Shown here: positions 52,474-62,126 of the stretch, piece after piece
Position numbering within the stretch: the stretch's first letter is position 1
Layout: every line of letters starts with the position of its first letter
NCBI GenBank assembly: GCA_031387665.1
Contig: JANNDL010000195.1
Span: 113 to 64,112, forward strand
Direction: 5' to 3'
Source of the DNA: Chamaesiphon sp. OTE_75_metabat_95
GTDB lineage: Bacteria; Cyanobacteriota; Cyanobacteriia; Cyanobacteriales; Chamaesiphonaceae
Length of the DNA: 64,000 nucleotides
Notes under the pieces: model-generated
Seen by the model: only the letters and a program-made list of their open reading frames with translations
Databases searched by the model: none
Told to the model about the DNA's origin: nothing
Position numbers and translations under genes: made by a program

Positions 52474-52941
52474 ATGTCCGAATGGTTAGAACATAGCGTC
52501 CAGATTGAAGTTTCTGCACCGATCGATCTCGTGTGGAGTTTATGGCAAAATCTGGAACTGATGCCACGTTATTTTAAGTGGATCGAATCAGTTGAAATTC
52601 TTGAAGACACGCCCGAACTATCGCGGTGGAAGCTGGCGGTGAAGGCGTTTGAGTTTACGTGGCTGGCGCGGAGCTTGCAGGAAGTGCCCAATCAACTGAT
52701 TCAGTGGGAGTCAGTAGATGGATTGCCAAATAAGGGAGGCATTAGATTTTACGATCGCAAAGAGACTAGTATTGTCAAACTAACTGTCGCTTACGCCGTG
52801 CCAGGATTTTTGGCAGTATTGATGAACAATGACTTTGTACGCAATGCGGTAGAGTCTACGCTCCAAGCTGACATGGAAACATTTAGACAATACGCGCTCA
52901 ATGAAGTCAGCGCGAGGAGGAATGCCCCAGAGGTGCTATAG
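52474..52941 (+). CDS. SRPBCC (START/cyclase-dehydrase-like) family protein
   Basis: 155 aa. HSVQIEVSAPIDLVWSLWQNLELMPRYFKWIESVE is typical of the polyketide_cyc2/SRPBCC fold. Confidence 0.75.
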   Translation: MSEWLEHSVQIEVSAPIDLVWSLWQNLELMPRYFKWIESVEILEDTPELSRWKLAVKAFEFTWLARSLQEVPNQLIQWESVDGLPNKGGIRFYDRKETSIVKLTVAYAVPGFLAVLMNNDFVRNAVESTLQADMETFRQYALNEVSARRNAPEVL

Positions 52942-52968
52942 TCACTAATTACCGCTCGTTAGTTGCAA

Positions 52969-53757
52969 ATGTGCCGTTTACTCGCTTATCAGGGGATTCC
53001 CCAGTCACTCGATCGATTAATTGCTCAACCAGAACATTCATTAGTCGTCCAGAGCTATCAGCCCCGTGAAATGACCGCCGGAATTATCAATGCTGATGGT
53101 TTTGGGTTGGGTTGGTATCATCCCCACCAAGAGACAGATCCATTTATTTATAAGCACACTCAACCAATTTGGACGGATATTAATCTACCCTATCTGAGCC
53201 GATATGTAGAAACTGGTTGTATGTTGAGCTATGTTCGTAGTGCTACTCCTGGACAGTGCATCAGTTTGAACAATTGTCAACCATTTCGGGACGGTAAACT
53301 ATTATTTATCCACAATGGATTTATCGATAAATTCCGCAGTGGTTTGTACAAGCAAATTCGGGACAAATTGCATCACCACATCTATCAATCGATCGATGGT
53401 ACTACTGATTCCGAACACATCTTCGCGCTATTTTCCAATGAGCTACACACTCAGCCAGATCTGCCATTAGCAACTGCCCTTCAGCGGACTTTGCACATCT
53501 TACGCGACTTAGTAGACCATGAGCGCACCACGATTTCGGCAAATATTGTAATTAGCGATGGTGAACAATTAATTGCTTCCCGTTTTGCTCACAGAGCGAC
53601 TGTACCGACGCTATATTGGATTAAAAATAGTATTGATTATCCAGACTCCGTAATTCTAGCATCCGAGCCAATCTTTGCAGGTGATTGGCAAGTTTGCCCG
53701 ATGCAAACCATCATTACTGTCAACAAGGATTTAGATGTCCAAATCACACCAATTTAG
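52969..53757 (+). CDS. Class II (Ntn) glutamine amidotransferase, EgtC-like
   Basis: The start MCRLLAYQG has Cys2 as the nucleophile. GFGLGWY...NCQPF...HNGFI motifs are present. The ORF track starts 6 nt upstream at a TTG. Confidence 0.8.
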   Translation: MCRLLAYQGIPQSLDRLIAQPEHSLVVQSYQPREMTAGIINADGFGLGWYHPHQETDPFIYKHTQPIWTDINLPYLSRYVETGCMLSYVRSATPGQCISLNNCQPFRDGKLLFIHNGFIDKFRSGLYKQIRDKLHHHIYQSIDGTTDSEHIFALFSNELHTQPDLPLATALQRTLHILRDLVDHERTTISANIVISDGEQLIASRFAHRATVPTLYWIKNSIDYPDSVILASEPIFAGDWQVCPMQTIITVNKDLDVQITPI

Positions 53758-53762
53758 GTAAA

Positions 53763-53912
53763 TATTTTCCAGTATGGGACATTGGATTCTTCACCACCTG
53801 TTCCGCGCTACTAATTCACCACCCTTATTCCCACCTTCTGAACCCGATCATTGGCGATAGCGGAGCGCGTTGGGCTTCAACGCCGAAGAGGGTGGGGGCG
53901 GTTTGTCCGAGA
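53763..53912 (-). pseudogene. uvrA: uvrA 3' fragment C (about 150 nt, heavily degraded, internal deletions)
   Basis: TATTTTCCAGTATGGGACATTGGATTCTTCACCACCTGTTCC...CTTATTCCCACCTTCTGAACCCGATC aligns with 54671-54770 of fragment A. CGCGTTGGGCTTCAACGCCGAAGAGGGTGGGGGCGGTTTGTCCGAG aligns with the LSGGEAQRV-coding part. Confidence 0.7.
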
Positions 53913-53915
53913 GGC

Positions 53916-54313
53916 TCAAGGCTGAAAACGTAAATGTTGAAGAGATCGCACTTTTGCAATCGTTTCAAAATCACGATCGTTATGAATTAAAGTAAATTAT
54001 TTTCTAGGGCAGCTTGAGCAATACAGCAGTCAATTGAACTACGAACGGTGAGTCCTTTTCGGCGCAGATTGTAGTAAACACGGGCGGCTGCTTGCCAGGA
54101 ATGATTAGTAGGTTCGATATAGTCTTGCGTGTCGAGATAGGTGGAAAGGAGATTCCACTCTTTTTCGTCCAAACTTCCTTGGAGTAGTTCGAGTTGAGTG
54201 AAGCGTGTGAGTAAAACTTCCCGACCATCGATGAGAACTTCGAGTTTTTGGCGTACTTGTCCAGTCCGATCTCGAAAAACAGTAATCCAAACGGAGGTAT
54301 CAATCAACAACAT
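53916..54313 (-). pseudogene. vapC: VapC (PIN-domain) toxin with a -1 frameshift near the 3' end
   Basis: MLLIDTSVWITVF...SSIDCCIAQAALENNLL stops at 53987. The next frame continues LIHNDRDFETIAKVRSLQHLRFQP to a stop at 53916-53918. The shift lies in the A/T run at 53989-53991. Confidence 0.75.
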
Positions 54314-54512
54314 GATGATTCTCGCGCATAGCTTTATAGTCGAAGTCTTCTGTAAATTGAATTTGTCCGGCCAGATCGAGGAGATTTTTCTTGCGACGGG
54401 AACGCACGAGTTCTTGTAGAGCCAAATTCATTAGTTCTTCCTGGGTGCTGAATTTGGTGAGTTGGAGAGCTTCTTCTAGGAGGGATTCATCTAGGTTAAG
54501 AGTTATTTGCAT
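54300..54512 (-). CDS. vapB: VapB-family antitoxin (DUF2191-like)
   Basis: MQITLNLDESLLEEALQLTKFSTQEELMNLALQELVR. It overlaps the vapC start by 14 nt. Confidence 0.8.
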   Translation of the reverse strand: MQITLNLDESLLEEALQLTKFSTQEELMNLALQELVRSRRKKNLLDLAGQIQFTEDFDYKAMRENHHVVD

Positions 54513-54625
54513 GGGATAACGGCACGATTGTGAGTTTTGAGCCTACACTTCAATTATATCCGCACAATTGAACCTACTCTTCGTTCGCGAAGCGTTCACT
54601 CGTGAAATCTACTCCAGATTGATGC

Positions 54626-55428
54626 TCAAGTTTTCACCGCTGCTGAATGTTGTTTCAATACTTGCTTGAGATACTTCCCAGTATGCGACTTAGGATTCTT
54701 CGCCACCTGTTCCGGTGTCCCGACAGCGACTAATTCTCCCCCTTTATTACCACCTTCTGGCCCCAGATCGATCGTCCAGTCGGAGCAGCGAATCACGTCG
54801 AGGTTGTGTTCGATCGCGAAGTGTGGGCTTTGCCCAATCGCAATCACGGAGTTTCCCTTATCGACTAGTCGCTGAAGCACATCTAAGAGCTTATGGACAT
54901 CGTAGAATGACAGTCCGGTAGTGGGTTCGTCGATTAGATATAGGGTTTTGCCTGTGGCGCGTTTGGAGAGTTCGGTGGCGAGTTTGACTCGTTGGTCTTC
55001 ACCACCGGAGAGGGTGGGGGCGGTTTGTCCGAGTTTGACGTAGCCGAGTCCGACATCGAGGAGGGTGGCGGCGCGGGGGATATTTAAAGAAGAATTCTAA
55101 GCCTTCTTCGACAGTCATATTCAGGACATCGGCTATTCTCTTTACAGAGAGGCTCCGCCAACGATTTACCCTTATATTTAACTTGGAGGGTTTCGCGATT
55201 GTAGCGTTCGCCTTTGCAGACATCGCACTGGACGTAGACATCGGGGAGGAAGTTCATCAAAGGTGGTGTTTACCCCTTGTCCGCTACAGGCTTCACAGCG
55301 TCCACCTTTGACGTTAAAGGAAAATTGTCCGGCTTTATAGCCACGTGTTTTGGCTTCGATGGTTTGGGTGAAGACTTCGCGGATGGTGTCGAATACGCCT
55401 GTATGGGTGACGGGATTCGATTCCCCAT
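54626..55428 (-). pseudogene. uvrA: uvrA 3' fragment A (about 0.8 kb; C-terminal ABC module remnant with frameshifts and insertions)
   Basis: Three broken frames read [50 protein letters not shown], ...[16 protein letters not shown]..., and ...[14 protein letters not shown][GQSPHFAI][37 protein letters not shown]. It starts exactly at the stop codon of the S8 protease gene. Confidence 0.85.
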
Positions 55429-58362
55429 CTAGCTTATCCGTAATGCTCCACCCCCAGAAATAACAACAGCATAATCTTGTTCTCCCATCTGAACATCGGC
55501 AACAATCTCGATTCTCCACTCGCCAATTTCAGGCGATTTTACAACGACTCCTTCGACATTATTAATGTTATCTGGACTGCCAGTTTCCTCAAAATCATTA
55601 CCCAGATAGTGTTTACCACTGGGACTGCGGAAGACTAAATTAAGATTGTTAATTAAGTTTTCGCCTGGGTAGTCTGTATAAACAAGGGTGACTTTGAGTG
55701 GAATTGAGGAATCGGTAATTTTCACTTTATGCTCATGTTTTTCACCTGTGATTAAACCATTTGCTTCATCAATCAAGATTGCTTGAGTTGTTGTTGCTGG
55801 TTTTAAAACTTTCTGCAAGTCCACTCTACCCCATCCTTGCTCGTTATCTGCCCAAGGTGCTGAAGCCGGATGAGCATGACGATAGTTGATGTATTGGGCT
55901 GAGTGGATTAGTATTGCTTTAACCAAAGCAGCACTGGGATTGAATATAGATGGCTGATGGTTTTCGCGCAGATATTGGCGAACTAATGCGGCACATCCAG
56001 CAACCAAGGGTGTTGCCATCGAAGTTCCATGCATATACATGTAATGATATCTCGCTGGGGGATAAGCTCCATCAGCAAAATTATTACTGGCAATCTGAGA
56101 GGAACGAGTAGAAAGAACAAAAGTACCTGGAGCAACTACATCGGGTTTGCGACGACTTGGTTGATAATATCGATCTAAACAAGGTCCTCGACTGCTAAAA
56201 GGTGCAATATCATCAATTGAATCAGCTATATTAACAGACTTGAAAGGTTCATATGGAAAGTTGTCTGGATTTTGATTTCCATACGTATCAGAAAATTGAC
56301 CGCTACGATCGTTTTCAGATGCGCCAATGGTCAAGCAGTTTTTAGCCGTTCCAGGAGTATTGACATTGCTTTGTTCTATACCATTCCCTGAAGATCGATG
56401 TTTACCATTATTTCCAGCAGCAACTACTACTAAGAAATCTTTCTGACCCCAGACAAATTCATCTAGTTTTTGACACCTAAAGTCATAGAATCCGTCACCT
56501 CCTCCTCCCCAGGAGTTAGAATGAATTCGCGCACCCTTTTCGTAAGTATATTGAAATAATTCTGTCAGATCTTCAGGAATCCCGAATAATGCTGATGGCG
56601 GTGGCATAACATCAAAATTTTCTATATAGAACAAAGAGCCTTCTAGAGTCCATTTTGTAGTTTGTTCAACAGCTTGAAAAATTAATTTCGCCTCAGAAGC
56701 TGTACCTGCGGGAATGGAAGAAATTTTTAATTCTTTTGCTTGTGTTCCATCACCCAAAGCACTTCCAGCTACATGGGTTCCATGTCCTGAGAATTTGTCA
56801 GATGCTCCATCATCATCTCCCATATTTTGTAGATAGGTTTCCCACCATCCTTTTGTGATCGGATAACTTTTAATATCGATAACTCGTCCTTGTAAATCAG
56901 GATGCAGAAACTCTCGATCGCCTGTATCCAGTCCAGTATCTGCGATCGCAATAATTTCGTCCCTACCCGTTAAGCCAAGGGTTGGGATAGGATTAGAAGG
57001 AATAACACCTTTAGCAATTACACAACCAGCTTTTTCGTTAAATATTCTGGGGATAGTTTTTTCTTCTAAGGAGCGCAGTCCTTCCTGTGAGCTGATTATT
57101 TTAAAGAGATCGAGTGCATTAGTAGCAGCACTAATATCTACGATCAACAAATCTTTTCCTGGAAGATCACCAATACGAATCCCTGGAATAGATTCTAAAT
57201 TTTGTGCAGCCAGATCGCGATCTTTTGTTGTAAAGAAAACAGCTACTAAAATTCCTGGAAGTGTCAGGTTTCGAGGCGGAGAATTATTAGTATTTCTGGC
57301 AGCATTTAACCTAGCCGCCGAGATCGCTTCTTTGGTAGCTGGTTGACCTAGATTTTGAAGTGATTGTGTTTGAACTCGAATATTGGGAACGTAAGCAGTG
57401 ACTTGGGCTACTTCTTCAAAATCCCTAATTTGGTTCGCAATATCTTCACTAGGAACGGCAACTACAAATTCTAACCTACCTAAAGGCTGTAGTATTTTTG
57501 AACCTGTGTCCTCTATTCTTTGTTTCCAACTTTCTAGCACAGGAGCGTTAAATCTTATCACTCGATCTCTTGTATTCACGTCAGAGCCTCCACTGAGGGG
57601 ATTGGATTCTTGTAATGATTCAATTTTTTCAACTCGACAACATTTTTTGATTTCGGATATCGTATCTTGAGTTGCCCCTGTGACAAAACTGTATGCAGAA
57701 TAAGATTGTATAATATCTATCTTTTCTCGAAAACGATTTAAGTCCTTACCAGCCGTATAATAAACCTTGTATCTAACTTTTTTTGCCTGAATACGTTGCT
57801 CGATCTCATTTTTAGCACGAACAACTAAGTTTTGTATTGTGGGAGTCAGAGGTGCATCATAACCCGATCGATCGATATCTGTTTGTATAGTCCGTAACTT
57901 TTGTAAAGTCCGTAGCTTGTCAATCGTATCTAGCTCAATTTCTTCGCCTTGAGCTAAAGCCCACCTTAATGTAGCTTCAAAATCAGAATCGCTAGGGGAT
58001 AAAAGGACAGTAAGTCGCCACATTTTTTCCGCCTTATTCTTGGAGTTTAGTAATTCATCTGACTCATTCGGACGTATATCTGTATTTTCGAGACTGATTT
58101 GTTCGATTGAATCCAGGTTGTTAGCCAAAATAGTAGCCACGGGAGGCATTAATTCAAGAATTTCTTCATATGAGTCTTGCATTTTTATTAATAAATTTAA
58201 TGCCTTTTCTATATTTTTTCTGATCTGCGGATCTATTTTTGATAATGAGTCTTTTTCATTTCTAATGAAATCGATAATTTTGCTATTCATTTCTGTTGTT
58301 TTTACACGACCAATGTATTTTATTGATTGCGGCAATGATGTTAAAGTTAAATCAAACGTCAA
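55429..58362 (-). CDS. Intracellular S8 (subtilisin-like) serine protease with a ~450-aa N-terminal region of unknown family and a C-terminal beta-rich domain
   Basis: The catalytic residues are intact: Asp in [13 protein letters not shown], His in [13 protein letters not shown], Asn in VVVAAGNNG and Ser in [19 protein letters not shown] see no signal peptide or TM helix. The TTG start lies 3 nt after the receiver stop, and ATG 58290 is an alternative start. Confidence 0.85.
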   Translation of the reverse strand: MTFDLTLTSLPQSIKYIGRVKTTEMNSKIIDFIRNEKDSLSKIDPQIRKNIEKALNLLIKMQDSYEEILELMPPVATILANNLDSIEQISLENTDIRPNESDELLNSKNKAEKMWRLTVLLSPSDSDFEATLRWALAQGEEIELDTIDKLRTLQKLRTIQTDIDRSGYDAPLTPTIQNLVVRAKNEIEQRIQAKKVRYKVYYTAGKDLNRFREKIDIIQSYSAYSFVTGATQDTISEIKKCCRVEKIESLQESNPLSGGSDVNTRDRVIRFNAPVLESWKQRIEDTGSKILQPLGRLEFVVAVPSEDIANQIRDFEEVAQVTAYVPNIRVQTQSLQNLGQPATKEAISAARLNAARNTNNSPPRNLTLPGILVAVFFTTKDRDLAAQNLESIPGIRIGDLPGKDLLIVDISAATNALDLFKIISSQEGLRSLEEKTIPRIFNEKAGCVIAKGVIPSNPIPTLGLTGRDEIIAIADTGLDTGDREFLHPDLQGRVIDIKSYPITKGWWETYLQNMGDDDGASDKFSGHGTHVAGSALGDGTQAKELKISSIPAGTASEAKLIFQAVEQTTKWTLEGSLFYIENFDVMPPPSALFGIPEDLTELFQYTYEKGARIHSNSWGGGGDGFYDFRCQKLDEFVWGQKDFLVVVAAGNNGKHRSSGNGIEQSNVNTPGTAKNCLTIGASENDRSGQFSDTYGNQNPDNFPYEPFKSVNIADSIDDIAPFSSRGPCLDRYYQPSRRKPDVVAPGTFVLSTRSSQIASNNFADGAYPPARYHYMYMHGTSMATPLVAGCAALVRQYLRENHQPSIFNPSAALVKAILIHSAQYINYRHAHPASAPWADNEQGWGRVDLQKVLKPATTTQAILIDEANGLITGEKHEHKVKITDSSIPLKVTLVYTDYPGENLINNLNLVFRSPSGKHYLGNDFEETGSPDNINNVEGVVVKSPEIGEWRIEIVADVQMGEQDYAVVISGGGALRIS

Positions 58363-58365
58363 TTC

Positions 58366-58764
58366 TCAATTATCCGCGAGTATTCTATCCACATTGCTTG
58401 CCAATTCAAATGGAAGTACTCCATCTTTGTGAAATACTAGTGTTTTTTCTGATTCGATATTTGTCAGCTCATTGTTTCGGAAATTAGTAAATATAATCAC
58501 AGGAATATTTCGATTTAATTGCCTAACTTTTTGGTAGAAACAAATCCCTGTTCTTAAACCATCATTTGTTTGTTCGTCATCAAAACTATTTCCAGTTGGC
58601 ATCATAACATCTAGAATTAAAAGCTTTAATTGATCGCAATTCTTCTCGAAAAAATTAAGAGCATCATCAACATCAGATTCAAATTTCACTTGGTAATGAG
58701 ATAATTCTATTGCTTCGACATAACTCCTCATCCTTCTTCTCTCATCATCTACGAATAATATCAT
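58366..58764 (-). CDS. Stand-alone response-regulator receiver (no output domain)
   Basis: MILFVDDERRRM...LLILDVMMPTGN...VIIFTN...FHKDG carries the DD pocket, the phospho-acceptor Asp, and the T and K. Its ATG overlaps the kinase stop as ATGA. Confidence 0.85.
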   Translation of the reverse strand: MILFVDDERRRMRSYVEAIELSHYQVKFESDVDDALNFFEKNCDQLKLLILDVMMPTGNSFDDEQTNDGLRTGICFYQKVRQLNRNIPVIIFTNFRNNELTNIESEKTLVFHKDGVLPFELASNVDRILADN

Positions 58765-61052
58765 CGATTATCTCCAGAAATGTGTTTTGGTAAAATCAGT
58801 TGAAATTCAGTGGGATTCGCATTGCGTACTAATTTTAAGTCCCCACCTAACTGTTTCATAATTGTTGCAGAAATATTCAATCCTAATCCAGAACCACCTA
58901 CTTTAGCAATGGCTTCAGATGAACGGAACCCTTCTTTGAAAATATTGTTTGAATCATCTTCTTTAATCCCTATTCCCCCATCTTGGAATTTAATAATAAA
59001 ATTATTTCTGTCTTGTTCAACTTCGATAGATAGATTAAAGTCCTTTGGACTTCTTTTCGCGTATTTGAATGCATTCATTAAAATATTGAACACCACTTGA
59101 TTGAGCTTAATTCTATCAGTAAAGACAATAATTTTATTTGCATCATCTTTGTTAAATTTTATTCTATCAAAAGAGAAATTATACTCTTCATTAATGTATG
59201 ATTTAAGCTGATAAATAGTTTTCATGATAATATCTCTAAAAACAACAACCTCTTCTAACTTAATTGTTTCTAAAGAACTTTTGCCTAACAAATATTCAAT
59301 TTGTCCCACTTGATAAAAAAGTAATTCGCAATCTGTCTGAATATCTTCGAGTTTAATTGTTGTTTTTTGTGGACTATACCTAACATCATCAAAAGTTCGC
59401 TGAACAAAGCTTGCGTGTCCTCTTATCGCTACTATTGGAGATCTCAATTCATGAGTAATTCTATCGATTAATCTTGCTTTTTCACGCTCGATAGCATGAG
59501 CAGCACAATCAACAAGACTTTTGAGTATTGTTACATCTTGTTCATATATATGTTGTCGGCATTCTCTTGGATAACCAGCTTCAACAGTCCCAATTACTTG
59601 ATTACTAGAAGGTTCAATAATTGGCAAGAAAACCCTGATAAATTTTTCATGACCATATTTTTTGTAAATTAATCGATCAAAGCGTTTATCTTCTGGATCT
59701 GGAACTTCAATTTCTTTACTTCTAACAATATTTGATTGGATATCATCATCACCTAAATCATGCTCTGCATCCTGTTTAAACTCTTTACTTAATTTTTCTT
59801 CTAGTCCTGATGTACGTTCGGAGCTTATAGTGTTTGCTTCTATATTTACTCGTGATATGTTGACCCATTCAAACCCAAGTATTTTGATGATAGCATCAAT
59901 AATTTGATTCATTATAAAATCATAATCTTGACTCTTGCTTATTTTTTGCTCTACAACTCTAATTTTCTTGCCTTTCTCGTAGAAAATAAGCCTTTCAATT
60001 CTGATACTTGCATCATCCGCCAACAACAAAATTCTCTTTTTATGAGTATCTGAGAATGCATTAAGAGCAGAGCTTTCAATATTTATTACCCCAATGCATT
60101 TTTTCGATCCTTTTTTAAATTCTTTACCCTCCATTATCTGTGCTTTATCTACTATTGGAATTGCGATCTCAGATCGTGCATTTTTCCATATATCAGAAAC
60201 AAAATCTCCGGTCTTGAAAGCATTATTAGCTTCAACAATTCTCTGTTCTCTAATTGCCTGTCTAGTGATTCCTTGACCTAGCTCCCAATGCAGTTTATCA
60301 TCATAACCTTTTTCTTCAGTTTTTCTAACAACTTTTAAGTTACCACTTGCATAATTAATCTTAGCCAATAGAATATGGATGTCTTTCTTGCAATCACTTT
60401 CCAAAATTTCCGAGACACCATTGTATAGTGCATCCCATATCTCTTCTGTTGTAGTAGCATCATTCATTTCCCTCATCGTATTCATCATACTTTCAATCCG
60501 AGATCGATCTTTTTCAATTTCCTGACTAGCAACAATAGATCGATCCTTTCCTAAAAATACTGTTATTCGATCGACTAGAATCTTAAATAAGTTCTTTTCC
60601 CATAGTTGAAAGTGACGAGTCTCTGTGGTGAAAATATTGAGTGCGCCTACAGCCTCTCCATTAGCTTCTAATACTGTACTCATTAGTGAAACCCATTTTC
60701 TTGCTTTAATATCATCTATTTCAACCAATCGATATTTTGATTGGCTTACATCAGGCAAACACCAAATTTTATCTCCGCTAGATAAATTTTGCTGAATCGA
60801 TGGATGTGCCGTATCTAGCTCAAGTTGCTTATACTCTTTATCTACCTCTCCATGAGTCGCCACAATTTTAAATTTTGACTCCCCTGGCTGTTTTTCCCAG
60901 AGAATACAAATAGGTACTTCGAGTAATTGACAGACTCCTGCTAGAAAAACTTGTCGAAATTCACTCTGCGATGCTGAACCCAATCTTTCTGACAACTGAC
61001 CTAACTCAGATAGCTTTTGGCTAAAATCGACATTATTACTGGGATCTTCCAT
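58761..61052 (-). CDS. Cytoplasmic histidine kinase with three GAF-like domains
   Basis: 763 aa with no TM helix. Three ~170-aa GAF-like modules are followed by the H-box ITHELRSPIVAIRGHASF, the N-box NILMNAFKYA, and G-boxes DGGIGI and GGSGLGLNIS. Confidence 0.85.
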   Translation of the reverse strand: MEDPSNNVDFSQKLSELGQLSERLGSASQSEFRQVFLAGVCQLLEVPICILWEKQPGESKFKIVATHGEVDKEYKQLELDTAHPSIQQNLSSGDKIWCLPDVSQSKYRLVEIDDIKARKWVSLMSTVLEANGEAVGALNIFTTETRHFQLWEKNLFKILVDRITVFLGKDRSIVASQEIEKDRSRIESMMNTMREMNDATTTEEIWDALYNGVSEILESDCKKDIHILLAKINYASGNLKVVRKTEEKGYDDKLHWELGQGITRQAIREQRIVEANNAFKTGDFVSDIWKNARSEIAIPIVDKAQIMEGKEFKKGSKKCIGVINIESSALNAFSDTHKKRILLLADDASIRIERLIFYEKGKKIRVVEQKISKSQDYDFIMNQIIDAIIKILGFEWVNISRVNIEANTISSERTSGLEEKLSKEFKQDAEHDLGDDDIQSNIVRSKEIEVPDPEDKRFDRLIYKKYGHEKFIRVFLPIIEPSSNQVIGTVEAGYPRECRQHIYEQDVTILKSLVDCAAHAIEREKARLIDRITHELRSPIVAIRGHASFVQRTFDDVRYSPQKTTIKLEDIQTDCELLFYQVGQIEYLLGKSSLETIKLEEVVVFRDIIMKTIYQLKSYINEEYNFSFDRIKFNKDDANKIIVFTDRIKLNQVVFNILMNAFKYAKRSPKDFNLSIEVEQDRNNFIIKFQDGGIGIKEDDSNNIFKEGFRSSEAIAKVGGSGLGLNISATIMKQLGGDLKLVRNANPTEFQLILPKHISGDNR

Positions 61053-61266
61053 ACTGCTTACACCTATACTGACGGCAAGGAACGCTTAATCACCCGATCG
61101 ATTCATCACAAGTCTCGTCGTCTCAAACAAGCTTGCCTTATACATTATGTGATAATTGTAACAAATACCGAAGATCCATCTCAACAACTTGTAATATTTT
61201 TTGACTGGCAGTAAATACCATCTCGTTTAGAGAAAATGTACCCTAGACGAACAAAACCTGCTTCCT

Positions 61267-62030
61267 CTACAAGTAAGTTTTTCCAGATGGCGCGTGTTGT
61301 TTCAACACCTGTTTCAAATACTTTCCCGTATGTGAAATCGGATTTTTCGCCACCTGTTCCGGTGTCCCCACAGCTACTAATTCTCCCCCCTTATTACCAC
61401 CTTCTGGCCCCAGATCGATCGTCCAGTCGGAGCAGCGAATCACGTCTAGGTTGTGTTCGATCGCAATCACCGAATTACCTTTATCTACTAGTCTTTGCAG
61501 CACGTCTAGGAGCTTGTGGACATCGTAGAATGAGAGTCCGGTGGTGGGTTCATCGATGAGATACAAGGTTTTGCCAGTGGCGCGTTTGGAGAGTTCGGTG
61601 GCGAGTTTGACGCGCTGGGCTTCACCGCCGGAGAGAGTGGGGGCAGTTTGTCCGAGTTTGACGTAGCCGAGTCCGACATCGAGTAGGGTTTGGAGGCGGG
61701 TGGCGGCGCGGGGGATATTTTGGAAAAATTCTAAGCCTTCTTCGACGGTCATATTTAGGACATCAGCGATTCTCTTGACAGAGAGGCTACGCCAACGATT
61801 TGCCCTTATATTTAACTTGGAGGGTTTCACGGTTGTAGCGTTCGCCTTTGCAGACATCGCACTGGACGTAGACATCGGGGAGGAAGTTCATCTCGATGAT
61901 GTTCACACCTTGTCCGCTACAGGCTTCACAGCGTCCACCTTTGACGTTGAAGGAAAATTGTCCCGCTTTATAGCCGCGTGTTTTGGCTTCGATGGTTTGG
62001 GTGAAGACTTCACGGATGGTGTCGAATACG
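61267..62030 (-). pseudogene. uvrA: uvrA 3' fragment B (about 0.76 kb; C-terminal ABC module remnant carrying a 25-nt insertion)
   Basis: The frames read [76 protein letters not shown], then the 25-nt insert, then [64 protein letters not shown]...[11 protein letters not shown]...IEHNLDVI...GPEGG. The N-terminal two thirds of UvrA are absent. Confidence 0.88.
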
Positions 62031-62126
62031 TCGAATAATAATTTGAGATCGATGTGTAACTTTGTTCAGACAAGGGAATCATGGGTATATCCGATATATT
62101 CCCAAACTATTTCCCTCGATATATCC

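Noticed and set aside
55429-58362. S8 protease as a cyanobactin (PatA/PatG-type) or lantipeptide leader protease
   Set aside because: No precursor peptide, heterocyclase, DUF-type partner domain or transporter gene lies nearby. The only operon partners are a histidine kinase and a receiver.
61267-61875. 202-aa ORF starting [14 protein letters not shown], and its 80-aa twin at 54999-55241, as possible real small ABC-like genes
   Set aside because: Their first ~35 residues are an out-of-frame reading of uvrA sequence upstream of the 25-nt insertion. The remainder is a UvrA C-terminal module lacking its Walker A. They are best explained as pseudogene fragments.
53763-62030. Integron- or CRISPR-like cassette array
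   Set aside because: The window has no integrase and no attC-like imperfect palindromes at cassette ends. The repeats are 0.15-0.8-kb gene fragments rather than short uniform repeats.
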